Translations under genes and position numbers: made by a program
The notes under the pieces: generated by a model
The model's input: the letters and a program-made list of their open reading frames with translations, nothing else
What the model was told of the DNA's origin: nothing
Databases searched by the model: none
NCBI GenBank assembly: GCA_046726415.1
Contig: JBKPAK010000168.1
Coordinates: forward strand, 1-15,402
Direction of reading: 5' to 3'
Source of the DNA: Candidatus Methylomirabilota bacterium
GTDB lineage: Bacteria; Methylomirabilota; Methylomirabilia; Rokubacteriales; CSP1-6
Length of the DNA: 15,402 nt
Shown here: in pieces, positions 8,067-15,402 of the stretch
Numbering within the stretch: the stretch's first letter is position 1
Layout of the letters: each line of letters opens with the position of its first letter

Positions 8067-10229
8067 TCACTTCAGCACATCGCTGGCCTCCGCCTCGCTG
8101 ACCAGCCGCGCGGCGTCTTCGGGCAGGAGAAGGCGCTGAGCCGTTAGCGCCTCGGTGGCGGCGCGGACCGCGGCGACATACCCGGCGTGGTCGCCATACC
8201 GTTCCTCCAGTGAGGGACGGGGATCGCCGACTGCGATGCGCTCGGCTCGGGTCTTGGCAAACGGAATGAAGCTTCCTTGCAGCGAGCACAGGTGATCTGG
8301 CCAACGGTCGGCCCGGCCGAGGTTCCACCCAGTGTAGGTGCCCAGGGGCGCCTGGAGGGTGGCGGAGCGGACACCGCCAAGGTCGTTGCCGTCAAGGTCG
8401 ACCTGAGGAACGAGAATGGTGTACCCCACGCCGAAGAGACCGAAAATGCCGGGCCCTCGCACGACCCTTGGAGGCTCGACGGTGATGATGCCCGACTCGT
8501 CTTGGTTGTTGAAGAGGGGACCCCAGCTTCGCACCTGTAGCGGGTTCGCCATCCCCAGGAACCTGACGGCCGGCCGGCTGATCCCCTCGTAGTTGTTGGC
8601 CGGGATAAACGGGAAGTTCACCTTGGCGGGGAGCACCAGGGTGCCATCACCGATCCGGGGTACCGCGCTCGGCGGCGGGGCGACGCCGTCCTTGACCCAA
8701 TCGGTGAAGGCTTTCCAGAGGGCCCGCATCGTCTCCCGCTGCGGGTTGGGGTTCGTCTGCTGGTAGCACTCGCCAAAGGGGCCGCCCAGTGAAGGCGCCA
8801 TGGGGGTCGCCGAGCCGTGCTGGGTACTCACCATGATGAAGGTCCTGACGAAGCTTGGCTCGATGAGGTCGGAGCGTCCCAGAGGGTCGGTGAGGCCCAG
8901 CGACTGTCTCCCCTCCCAGATCTCGAGCGCCGTGGCCGCGTGGAAGATCTTGGGGCAGGTGCCGGTTTTCAGGCACCGTGTGAGGATGCCGTTGGTCTCC
9001 CCGGTCAGGGGGTCGCGGATGGGCCGGTACGAGAACGGGAACTCGTAGGCCGGGTAGTCGGCGTCGTACACGTGGCCCCAGGCCCGACCCGCGTGACTGA
9101 AGCGGCTGTTGAACTGAGCGCGCCCCCCGCCGATGTGAGGGAAGGCGCCTTCGAAGACGATGCGCCCCGCCTCATCCTGGTTGAAGCCGAGATGGATGAA
9201 GGTCCGCATGTTGCGCCCGCTCTGGGAGGAGCCACTGAAGACGGCCAGGGGCCGCTCGCCCTCGAGCCACAACGGGTTCGGCATGCCGGAGTCGTCGCGC
9301 CGCTCGTGCTTGAAGAAGGCATGCAGATCCCGTACGGCTGCATACCCGAGTCCCATGACGAGGGGATCCTTCGCCTGGTAGATCAACTCGTAGATCTTTC
9401 CCGGCTGGAAGCCGGCCGGGTAGCAGAGCATGGTCGCGCTCGTCGTCACCGGGCCGCCCGGGGGACACGACGCGAAGGACCAGTCCCCGTTGGGGATGGG
9501 CACCCGCGGGTCGCCGGGCAAGCTCCGCACGGTGAGCGTCGGGAGGAACCCGTCGGGAAATGGCGTCTGGTTGGCGGTGCTCGCGGTGGGATAGGTGGTG
9601 TGATTGGCGGCGCTGGTGAAGCGGCTGGTGTTGATCGCCGTACTGACCGTGGGTGCCCCGACGATGATCTCCTGCCGCACGATCCCCGTGACGGGCGTGC
9701 CGCCGGGGCCCTGAACGGTGGGAACCCGGATCGTCATGCGACCGCCGCCGGGCAAAACGTCGGCCTGCCAGCCGCTCCAGATGAGGGTGTAACCCAGGTG
9801 CTGGAGGAAGCCGTCACCGGCATTCGTGGGCTCGTTATTCGGCTGCGTCGCATTGAGGTTGAATGTGTTGAACCCGCCCTTGTTGCCGCGGTTCACCACG
9901 TTGTAGAACAGCATCCGGTTGCCGCGGCTCATGTCCACCGGCTTGATGATGTAGATGTCGGTCGAGTACTCCACCATGCCCCGGTCGTTGCGCGGCGCCA
10001 GCTTAATGTCCTGGATGATGGCGTTGAGCGGCCGGCCCGGGTCGACCTCGCCAAAGGCGACGCCGATCAGCTTCTCGAACTGGCCAACGGCGCCGAACGA
10101 GGCGCCGTCGAACGTCGGCGATTCCACCCGAGTGATCTCGATCCGGGTGATCCGGGCCTCCACGGGCAGGGCTCCGGTCGCCCCCACCACGAGCAACAAC
10201 ACCAGTACGGCGCTCAGTCGACTGTGCAT
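8067..10229 (-). CDS. Secreted alpha/beta hydrolase domain protein (Abhydrolase_10-like), 720 aa
   Basis: AAGGAGGAG RBS before the ATG at 10229; signal peptide MHSRLSAVLVLLLVVGATGALPVEA; family motifs FGAVGQFEK...GEVDP, VVNRG, WSGWQAD, GSSQSG (nucleophile, 9233-9216), STQHG, VPQVDLDGNDLGG, GDPRPSLEERY. Confidence 0.9.
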   Translation of the reverse strand: MHSRLSAVLVLLLVVGATGALPVEARITRIEITRVESPTFDGASFGAVGQFEKLIGVAFGEVDPGRPLNAIIQDIKLAPRNDRGMVEYSTDIYIIKPVDMSRGNRMLFYNVVNRGNKGGFNTFNLNATQPNNEPTNAGDGFLQHLGYTLIWSGWQADVLPGGGRMTIRVPTVQGPGGTPVTGIVRQEIIVGAPTVSTAINTSRFTSAANHTTYPTASTANQTPFPDGFLPTLTVRSLPGDPRVPIPNGDWSFASCPPGGPVTTSATMLCYPAGFQPGKIYELIYQAKDPLVMGLGYAAVRDLHAFFKHERRDDSGMPNPLWLEGERPLAVFSGSSQSGRNMRTFIHLGFNQDEAGRIVFEGAFPHIGGGRAQFNSRFSHAGRAWGHVYDADYPAYEFPFSYRPIRDPLTGETNGILTRCLKTGTCPKIFHAATALEIWEGRQSLGLTDPLGRSDLIEPSFVRTFIMVSTQHGSATPMAPSLGGPFGECYQQTNPNPQRETMRALWKAFTDWVKDGVAPPPSAVPRIGDGTLVLPAKVNFPFIPANNYEGISRPAVRFLGMANPLQVRSWGPLFNNQDESGIITVEPPRVVRGPGIFGLFGVGYTILVPQVDLDGNDLGGVRSATLQAPLGTYTGWNLGRADRWPDHLCSLQGSFIPFAKTRAERIAVGDPRPSLEERYGDHAGYVAAVRAATEALTAQRLLLPEDAARLVSEAEASDVLK

Positions 10230-10342
10230 CGAGGCTCCTCCTTGAGCATCGAACAACCCGCCGATACGCTCGTCACCACCGCTCTCGCTCGAATCCCCTC
10301 TCGTTCCTCCCGCATGTGTGACGTCGAGGTGCACGTGGTTCT

Positions 10343-10389
10343 GGTCAGGAACTGATCGCGACGGGGCGCGCCCGTTGCAGGAACTTCCG
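10343..10389 (-). promoter_or_regulatory. Tandem direct repeat, putative AraC operator for the hydrolase
   Basis: Minus strand CGGAAGTTCCTGCAA (10389-10375) and GATCAGTTCCTGACC (10357-10343), 32 bp period; matches the pair at 12051-12101. Confidence 0.55.
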
Positions 10390-11280
10390 CTGGTTCCGGT
10401 AGGCGGCGGGAGTGATCCCATAGACCCGGCGAAACGCCGTGGTCAGGTGGGACTGGCTGGAAAAACCAACGTTCAGGGCGATCTCGCTGATCGACCAGTC
10501 ACCCTGCGTCAGCAATGCGCTCGCCTGCTCGAGCCGGCGGCCAAGCACGTACTGATGCGGCGCCGAGCCCGTAAGCCGCTTGAACTCCCGCGCGAAGTGC
10601 ACGGCACTGAGCCCGGCTTCCTCGGCGAGGGTCAGAAGGGAGAGCTCCTCGTCCAGGTGGGCCTCGATGTAGTCGGTGGCCCGACGCAGTCGGAGTGCCG
10701 ACAGGTCGTCCGCCACCCTCACGGCGGTGTGGCAATGGGCATGCTGGCGGACGATCTCGGTCAGGATCACCAGGGCCAGGCTCTCGGCATAGATCGCGCC
10801 CATCGGTCCAGGCCGCTCCAGCTCGCCAGCGAGCGCGGCCATCGACCGCAGGATCCGTGGATCGTCGAGATCCAGCGACGGGATGACCTCGACCCGAGAC
10901 GGGTCAAGCTCCCCGCCGCTGGCCCGGGCGATCAGCTCGGGCTCCAACAACAGGGCCACGATCCGGCAACTCCCGACGCCGTCAGTATGTCCTCGAAATC
11001 CGTGGTTCGCCGGGAAGAGCTGCATCTGGCCAGGCCGCAGCTCGAACGTCTGGAGCGGGCCGCCATCGAAGCGCGCCTCGGCGCGCAGGGTTGGCCCCTC
11101 GAGGCATACGGCCAGCACGTGCTGGGGGACGAGCATGTCGAATTTGCGATGGCCTGTCACGCGGCGGCTCCGCAACTCCGCGCGGAAACCCCGCCCCTGG
11201 CAGCTCGTGAGGGAAAGGGTCTCTGCGTCATACCGGCAGATGGATCCCGCCTCACATCCTGTGGTGTCAGCTCCCCGCAT
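10345..11280 (-). CDS. AraC family transcriptional regulator
   Basis: C-terminal double HTH: LSLLTLAEEAGLSAVHFAREFK...APHQYV...SISEIALNVGFSSQSHLTTAFRRVYGITPAAYR. Confidence 0.95.
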   Translation of the reverse strand: MRGADTTGCEAGSICRYDAETLSLTSCQGRGFRAELRSRRVTGHRKFDMLVPQHVLAVCLEGPTLRAEARFDGGPLQTFELRPGQMQLFPANHGFRGHTDGVGSCRIVALLLEPELIARASGGELDPSRVEVIPSLDLDDPRILRSMAALAGELERPGPMGAIYAESLALVILTEIVRQHAHCHTAVRVADDLSALRLRRATDYIEAHLDEELSLLTLAEEAGLSAVHFAREFKRLTGSAPHQYVLGRRLEQASALLTQGDWSISEIALNVGFSSQSHLTTAFRRVYGITPAAYRNQRKFLQRARPVAISS

Positions 11281-11321
11281 GGCGAATCCTCGAAGGGGAG
11301 TACGGATGCTCGAAATGGGGC

Positions 11322-11351
11322 ATGCTAGGCGAGAATCCCCGCGTACGTCAA
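11322..11351 (-). promoter_or_regulatory. Putative sigma70 promoter of the AraC gene
   Basis: Minus strand TTGACG (11351-11346), 18 nt spacer, TAGCAT (11327-11322), about 40 nt before the ATG. Confidence 0.55.
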
Positions 11352-11359
11352 GCGGCCTT

Positions 11360-11376
11360 GCTAATTTGGCTAATTT
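11360..11376. repeat. AT-rich direct repeat GCTAATTT x2, just upstream of the AraC -35
   Basis: GCTAATTT-G-GCTAATTT, conspicuous in a GC-rich background. Confidence 0.6.
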
Positions 11377-11416
11377 AGTGCCGCGGTACTTACCGAGTTG
11401 CCCTGCCTGTGGCTGC

Positions 11417-11962
11417 TCAGCTGCGGTTTTCGCGGTTTCCCCTTCGTGACGCGCGGGGCTTCGTCCGTCTCAGTGGACCCCGCCTCGCGCGCCGTCGGAG
11501 GCCGGCCTCGGCGACCGGGTGGGCGGTCTCGCGTTTCACGATCCGAACGATGCTCGCGGTGACCGTGCGCTGAATGCCCGGAACGCGGGCCAACCGCTTG
11601 GTCAGGAACTCGTGCATGTGTTCGTTGGAGCGGAAGACGCCCGCCGCGATGATGTCGTAGCTCCCCGTACAGATGCCGAGGAAAAAGAGCTCGGGAAGCT
11701 GGGCGAGACGCCGGGCGGCGCGATCCACCTCGGGGAGGCGCACCTGGATCTCGACCACGGCGTAGTGCTGGTAGCCGATCTTGAGCGGGTCGGCCCACGC
11801 GCCGAACTGGATGACCTTGCTCCGGACCAGCTTCTGGATGCGGTTCCTGACGGTGGCCTCCGCGACCTGAAGGCGCCGGGCCAGGTCGGTGTTGGGAAGA
11901 CGACCGTCAACCTGCAACTCCCGGATCAGCTTGGCATCCAGATCGTCGAAGTAGGGTCTCAT
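11417..11962 (-). CDS. Lrp/AsnC family transcriptional regulator
   Basis: DDLDAKLIRELQVDGRLPNTDLARRLQVAEATVRNRIQKL (AsnC HTH), DPLKIG, CTGSYDI (RAM domain); GGAGGA RBS; Arg-rich C-terminal tail. Confidence 0.95.
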   Translation of the reverse strand: MRPYFDDLDAKLIRELQVDGRLPNTDLARRLQVAEATVRNRIQKLVRSKVIQFGAWADPLKIGYQHYAVVEIQVRLPEVDRAARRLAQLPELFFLGICTGSYDIIAAGVFRSNEHMHEFLTKRLARVPGIQRTVTASIVRIVKRETAHPVAEAGLRRRARRGPLRRTKPRASRRGNRENRS

Positions 11963-12050
11963 CGCTTGTCCTCCACGAGATCTGTCCAGGTTTGGCGAAG
12001 CCCTGCTACGGGGATATTACGACGCCTGGATTTCCACCGGGCCGCATGGT

Positions 12051-12101
12051 GATCAATTCCTGAAAAACCGGCGCGGTTCTCGATGACTTTCTGAAAGACC
12101 G
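12051..12101 (+). promoter_or_regulatory. Tandem direct repeat, putative AraC operator for the NHL-HupE operon
   Basis: GATCAATTCCTGAAAAACCG (12051-12070) and GATGACTTTCTGAAAGACCG (12082-12101); 16/20 identical, 31 bp period. Confidence 0.65.
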
Positions 12102-12212
12102 TACACGGACCGCATGACATTGTGCGGAGGGACCTGTGGCGGAAAGGAGGAATGAAGAGAGAACGAGTCGGGCTGCTCACCTTAGGGCCATGTCGAGAAG
12201 GGGGAGGGCGTC

Positions 12213-13529
12213 ATGAGAGTTGGAAGGGTCGGAAGGTACGTCTACGCCGGCGCGGTGATCATCGCGTTCATCGTCGCGTTCGGGCTCTGGAATCCGTTCA
12301 TGACAGAGAGTGTCAGGGCCGACCTGTTCGGCGTGCCGCGGTACAGGGTGGATCCGAGCTGGCCGAGGCCACTGCCGAACAACTGGCAGATCGGGCAGGT
12401 TCCGGGGATCGCCGTCGATAAGCATGACAACATCTGGATCGTCCAGCGCCCTCGGACTCTGACCAGTGACGAGCGGGGGGCGTCCGCGACCGAGCCCGGG
12501 GCGGGATCCGTGCTCGATGGCGCCGCTCGGCCTCAAGGAGCGATCTCGGACTGCTGCCTGCCGGCACCCTCAGTCATGCAATTCAATCGGAATGGCAACC
12601 TGCTGCGGGCGTGGGGCGGCCCGGTGGACCCTTTGCGCTGCGTGGAGCCCGCGTGTGAGTGGCCCAACACCGAACACGGCATCTATGTCGACCACAACAT
12701 GAACGTCTGGCTCGGCGGGCAAGCGGGGCGCGCGGTCCTGAAGTTCACCGCGGATGGCACCTTCCTCATGCAAATCGGCCAGCGCTTGCCCCCAATGCGG
12801 GACAGCAACGACACCCGGGGGGCGCCCAACGGCACGCCACTCTTGGGCCAGCCCGCGGACATGGAGGTGGACCCCGAGACTAACGAGCTCTACATCGCTG
12901 ACGGATATACGAACCTCCGCATCATCGTGGTCGACGCCAGAACGGGGATGTACCGCCGGCACTGGGGCGCGTACGGCCAGAACCCCGTCGACGATACCGG
13001 GAATGTAGGCCCGTACATCAAGGGCCAGCCACCCGCTCCTCACTTCCGCAACCCCGTCCACGCTGTCCGCATCACCAAGGACGGGCTCGTGTACGTGGCC
13101 GACCGCGCCAACGACCGCATCCAGGTTTTCGACAAGTGGAAAGTCGGATTGCCGTGCCAGAACCCGACGGGGACACCAGGTGTTTGCGGCTTCGTCGGCG
13201 AGATCTTGGTCGCGACGGATACCCTCGGGCCCGGATCCACGTGGGATCTCGACGTCTCTTCCGACAGGGGGCAGACGTTCCTCTTCAACGCCGACGGGTC
13301 GAACAACTACATTTGGACCTTGCTGCGCCGCACAGGCCAGATCCTCGGAACGTTCGGGCGCAACGGCCGCAATGCGGGGCAGTTCCACTGGGTCCACAAC
13401 TTGGCGTTGGACTCGAGGGACAACATCTACACCGCCGAAGTGGATACGGGGAAGCGCGTGCAGAAGTTCACGCCGGCTCGCGGCGATGATCGCGACGGTC
13501 GCGGCGATAATGACGACGACGATAAGTGA
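12213..13529 (+). CDS. Secreted NHL-repeat beta-propeller, PAL (peptidyl-alpha-hydroxyglycine amidating lyase)-like
   Basis: GGGGAGGG RBS; N-terminal signal/TM segment; YRVDPSWP, GIAVD, EHGIYVD, LYIADGY.N.RI, PVHAVRI, VYVADRANDRIQVF, GQFHWVHNLALDS. Confidence 0.9.
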   Translation: MRVGRVGRYVYAGAVIIAFIVAFGLWNPFMTESVRADLFGVPRYRVDPSWPRPLPNNWQIGQVPGIAVDKHDNIWIVQRPRTLTSDERGASATEPGAGSVLDGAARPQGAISDCCLPAPSVMQFNRNGNLLRAWGGPVDPLRCVEPACEWPNTEHGIYVDHNMNVWLGGQAGRAVLKFTADGTFLMQIGQRLPPMRDSNDTRGAPNGTPLLGQPADMEVDPETNELYIADGYTNLRIIVVDARTGMYRRHWGAYGQNPVDDTGNVGPYIKGQPPAPHFRNPVHAVRITKDGLVYVADRANDRIQVFDKWKVGLPCQNPTGTPGVCGFVGEILVATDTLGPGSTWDLDVSSDRGQTFLFNADGSNNYIWTLLRRTGQILGTFGRNGRNAGQFHWVHNLALDSRDNIYTAEVDTGKRVQKFTPARGDDRDGRGDNDDDDK

Positions 13530-14983
13530 TGGCGTTATGCCTAGGAGGCGCTAGGGCGCTCACCTTTCGCCCCGGCCGGCGCGCCGCCGGCCGGGGCGAG
13601 CCCTGGTCGCCTTCGGTCGCGTTGTTCCTGGCCGTCGTCCTCGGCCTCGTGGTCGTCTCGACTCCCGCGCGGGCCCACGACATCCCAGATGAAATCATCC
13701 TGCACGGGTTCGTCAAGCCCGAGGGCGACCGGCTCCACTTCCTCGTACGGGTGCCGCTGGCCATGCTGCTCAGCATGAACCTTCCCAAGCGGGGCCCCGG
13801 CTTTCTAGATCTCGCCCAGATAGACGAACGGCTCCAGGCGTCGGCGGCGGCGACCGCAAGGGAGATCGAGCTCTATGAGAATGGGGTCCGACTGACGCCG
13901 AGCCGCGCCGCGGCGCGCATCTCGGAGCCATCCGATCGGTCCTTCGCGACGTATGCGAAAGCCCTCGCGACCATCGAGGGGCCGAAGCTCCCGGAGAGCG
14001 CCGACGTCTTTTGGAATCAGGGGTACTTCGACGCGCATCTGGAATACCCGATCCGCGCGGAGCACTCCAGCTTCTCGCTCAACATGCGCCTGGCCCCGGG
14101 CCTCCCGGGCCGGCTCAAGCTGATCGTCAGGTTCCTGCCACCCGACGGCCCAACGCGCGCCTACCAGCTTCACGGGGGCGCCGGTCATGTGATGCTCGAT
14201 CCGCGCTGGCACCAGGCGGCGTGGATGTTCGTCAAGTTCGGCTTCTTCCACATCCTCGACGGCCTCGACCATCTGCTCTTCCTCCTCTGCCTCGTGATCC
14301 CTTTTCGCCGCCTCACTTGGAGCCTGCTGGCCGTGATCACCTCGTTCACCGTGGCGCACTCCATCACGCTCATCGCCTCGGCCTACGATCTCGTCCCGGC
14401 CAGCGCCTGGTTCCCACCCTTGGTCGAGACGCTGATCGCCGCGTCCATCGTGTACATGGCCCTGGAGAACATGGTGGCGCCGGACCTGGGGCGGCGCTGG
14501 CTGATCACCGGGGCCTTCGGCCTCGTGCACGGCTTCGGCTTCTCGTTCGCCCTGAAGCAGGATCTCCAGTTCGCCGGATCACACCTCCTGCTATCGCTGC
14601 TGTCCTTCAATATCGGCGTCGAGCTGGGGCAGATCCTCGTTCTGCTCGTAGCGATCCCAGCGCTCGCCCTGGTGTTCCAGCACGTCATTCTGCAACGGGT
14701 GGGCACCGTGATCCTGTCGGCGCTCGTGGCCCACACGGGCTGGCACTGGATGATCGACCGGGCCGAGACTCTTCGGCAGGTCGAGTGGCCAGCTCTCGAC
14801 GCGACCTCAACCCCTGCCCTGGCCCGCTGGGCGCTCGGGCTCCTGCTCCTCGGAGGCGCCGTCTGGTTTGCCTTCAGGCGACGCCGCGTGGCCGAGGCGC
14901 CCCCGACGCCTGTCGCGGACCTGGCCCGGCGGTTGGGTAGTGCCCTGCGGGCAGTGGCCACGCGTTCGGCACCGCCCTCATGA
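13529..14983 (+). CDS. HupE/UreJ-family membrane protein with N-terminal extracytoplasmic domain
   Basis: TGATG overlap with the NHL gene; signal ending ARA|HDIP; HupE/UreJ_2 motifs HILDGLDHLLF, SFTVAHSITL, FGLVHGFGF, SFNIGVELGQ; multiple TM segments. Confidence 0.9.
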   Translation: MALCLGGARALTFRPGRRAAGRGEPWSPSVALFLAVVLGLVVVSTPARAHDIPDEIILHGFVKPEGDRLHFLVRVPLAMLLSMNLPKRGPGFLDLAQIDERLQASAAATAREIELYENGVRLTPSRAAARISEPSDRSFATYAKALATIEGPKLPESADVFWNQGYFDAHLEYPIRAEHSSFSLNMRLAPGLPGRLKLIVRFLPPDGPTRAYQLHGGAGHVMLDPRWHQAAWMFVKFGFFHILDGLDHLLFLLCLVIPFRRLTWSLLAVITSFTVAHSITLIASAYDLVPASAWFPPLVETLIAASIVYMALENMVAPDLGRRWLITGAFGLVHGFGFSFALKQDLQFAGSHLLLSLLSFNIGVELGQILVLLVAIPALALVFQHVILQRVGTVILSALVAHTGWHWMIDRAETLRQVEWPALDATSTPALARWALGLLLLGGAVWFAFRRRRVAEAPPTPVADLARRLGSALRAVATRSAPPS

Positions 14984-15003
14984 GGACTGGGTGCCCCCAA
15001 TCC
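14984..15003. terminator. Short hairpin between convergent genes
   Basis: GGACTGGG-TGCC-CCCAATCC; 8-bp stem with one G-U pair on the minus strand. Confidence 0.4.
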
Positions 15004-15007
15004 CCCT

Positions 15008-15402
15008 TCACCCTGGAAAGCGTGGCGACTCCTTCACCCGCCTCGCCTGGACGAAGTGGTTCTGCTCGTGCACCGCGATGATGCGGTAGGCGTCCATGAG
15101 GCTGTATGTGATGAGGCGAGCCACCGGCGACGTAATCGTGATGCCGTCGAGGTCGAGCCCGCGGGTCGCTTCCATGAGATGCAGCAGCCGGTCCTGCTGC
15201 TCGCGGAAGCTCGTGATGATCCCCGCGGGGATGTGGCTGGTCGAGGGGTAGAAGGCCGGCCGCGCCTTCATCTTCCGTCCTGAGTCGGGGCGGAGCGTCC
15301 TGATGAGGAGCCTCCCGAAGAACCGGGGAAGCAGCGGCATGCGCTCCCAGGCGCGCTGGCGTCTCCGACCCTCCCGGATCTCCTCGATAATCGGGAGGTA
15401 CG
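15008..15402 (-). CDS. DinB family protein, 5'-partial
   Basis: Frame is open to the window edge (YLPIIEEIREGRRRQRAWERMPLL...); C-terminal ITSPVARLITYSLMDAYRIIAVHEQNHFVQA carries the HxxxH DinB motif. Confidence 0.85.
   Translation of the reverse strand, partial: YLPIIEEIREGRRRQRAWERMPLLPRFFGRLLIRTLRPDSGRKMKARPAFYPSTSHIPAGIITSFREQQDRLLHLMEATRGLDLDGITITSPVARLITYSLMDAYRIIAVHEQNHFVQARRVKESPRFPG

Noticed and set aside
8817-10355. 512-aa plus-strand ORF
   Set aside because: Antisense to the hydrolase; no domain signal.
10230-10421. N-terminal extension of the hydrolase to 784 aa
   Set aside because: Overlaps AraC; the strong RBS and signal peptide place the start at 10229.
12143-12421. AAAGGAGG followed by ATG at 12152 as a leader or overlapping ORF
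   Set aside because: SD-to-ATG spacing is only 1 nt, and the ORF runs off-frame into the NHL gene with a low-complexity product.
13512-13526. DDDDK resembling a FLAG/enterokinase tag (synthetic construct)
   Set aside because: No DYK prefix or vector features; it is part of a natural Asp-rich tail.
1-15402. CRISPR array, tRNA, rRNA or IS element
   Set aside because: No regularly spaced repeat-spacer units, cloverleaf, rRNA signature or transposase ORF was found; intergenic spaces are short.

Overview
GC-rich bacterial window. The gene content resembles Candidatus Rokubacteria/Methylomirabilota or other soil taxa (inference only). Left arm, minus strand: a large zinc-ribbon / class III nucleotidyl cyclase / STAND-type ATPase / TPR gene whose stop overlaps (GTGA) the start of an NRPS-like gene missing from the ORF track. 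That gene has an oxalyl-CoA-synthetase-like ligase domain, a carrier domain and the start of a condensation domain, and runs off the window. Middle: a 3' remnant of a flavin amine oxidase, an FAD oxidoreductase split by a +1 frameshift in a C6 run, a PHA-granule-region small protein coupled to a secreted DUF3455 protein, and a hairpin. Right arm: a divergent cassette with Lrp/AsnC, AraC and a secreted alpha/beta hydrolase on the minus strand, and a secreted NHL-repeat PAL-like zinc lyase plus a HupE/UreJ membrane protein on the plus strand. Both enzyme promoters carry the same tandem direct-repeat motif (31-32 bp period, about 115 nt before the ATG), suggesting one AraC regulon. A partial DinB gene closes the window. 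No rRNA, tRNA, CRISPR array or transposase was seen.
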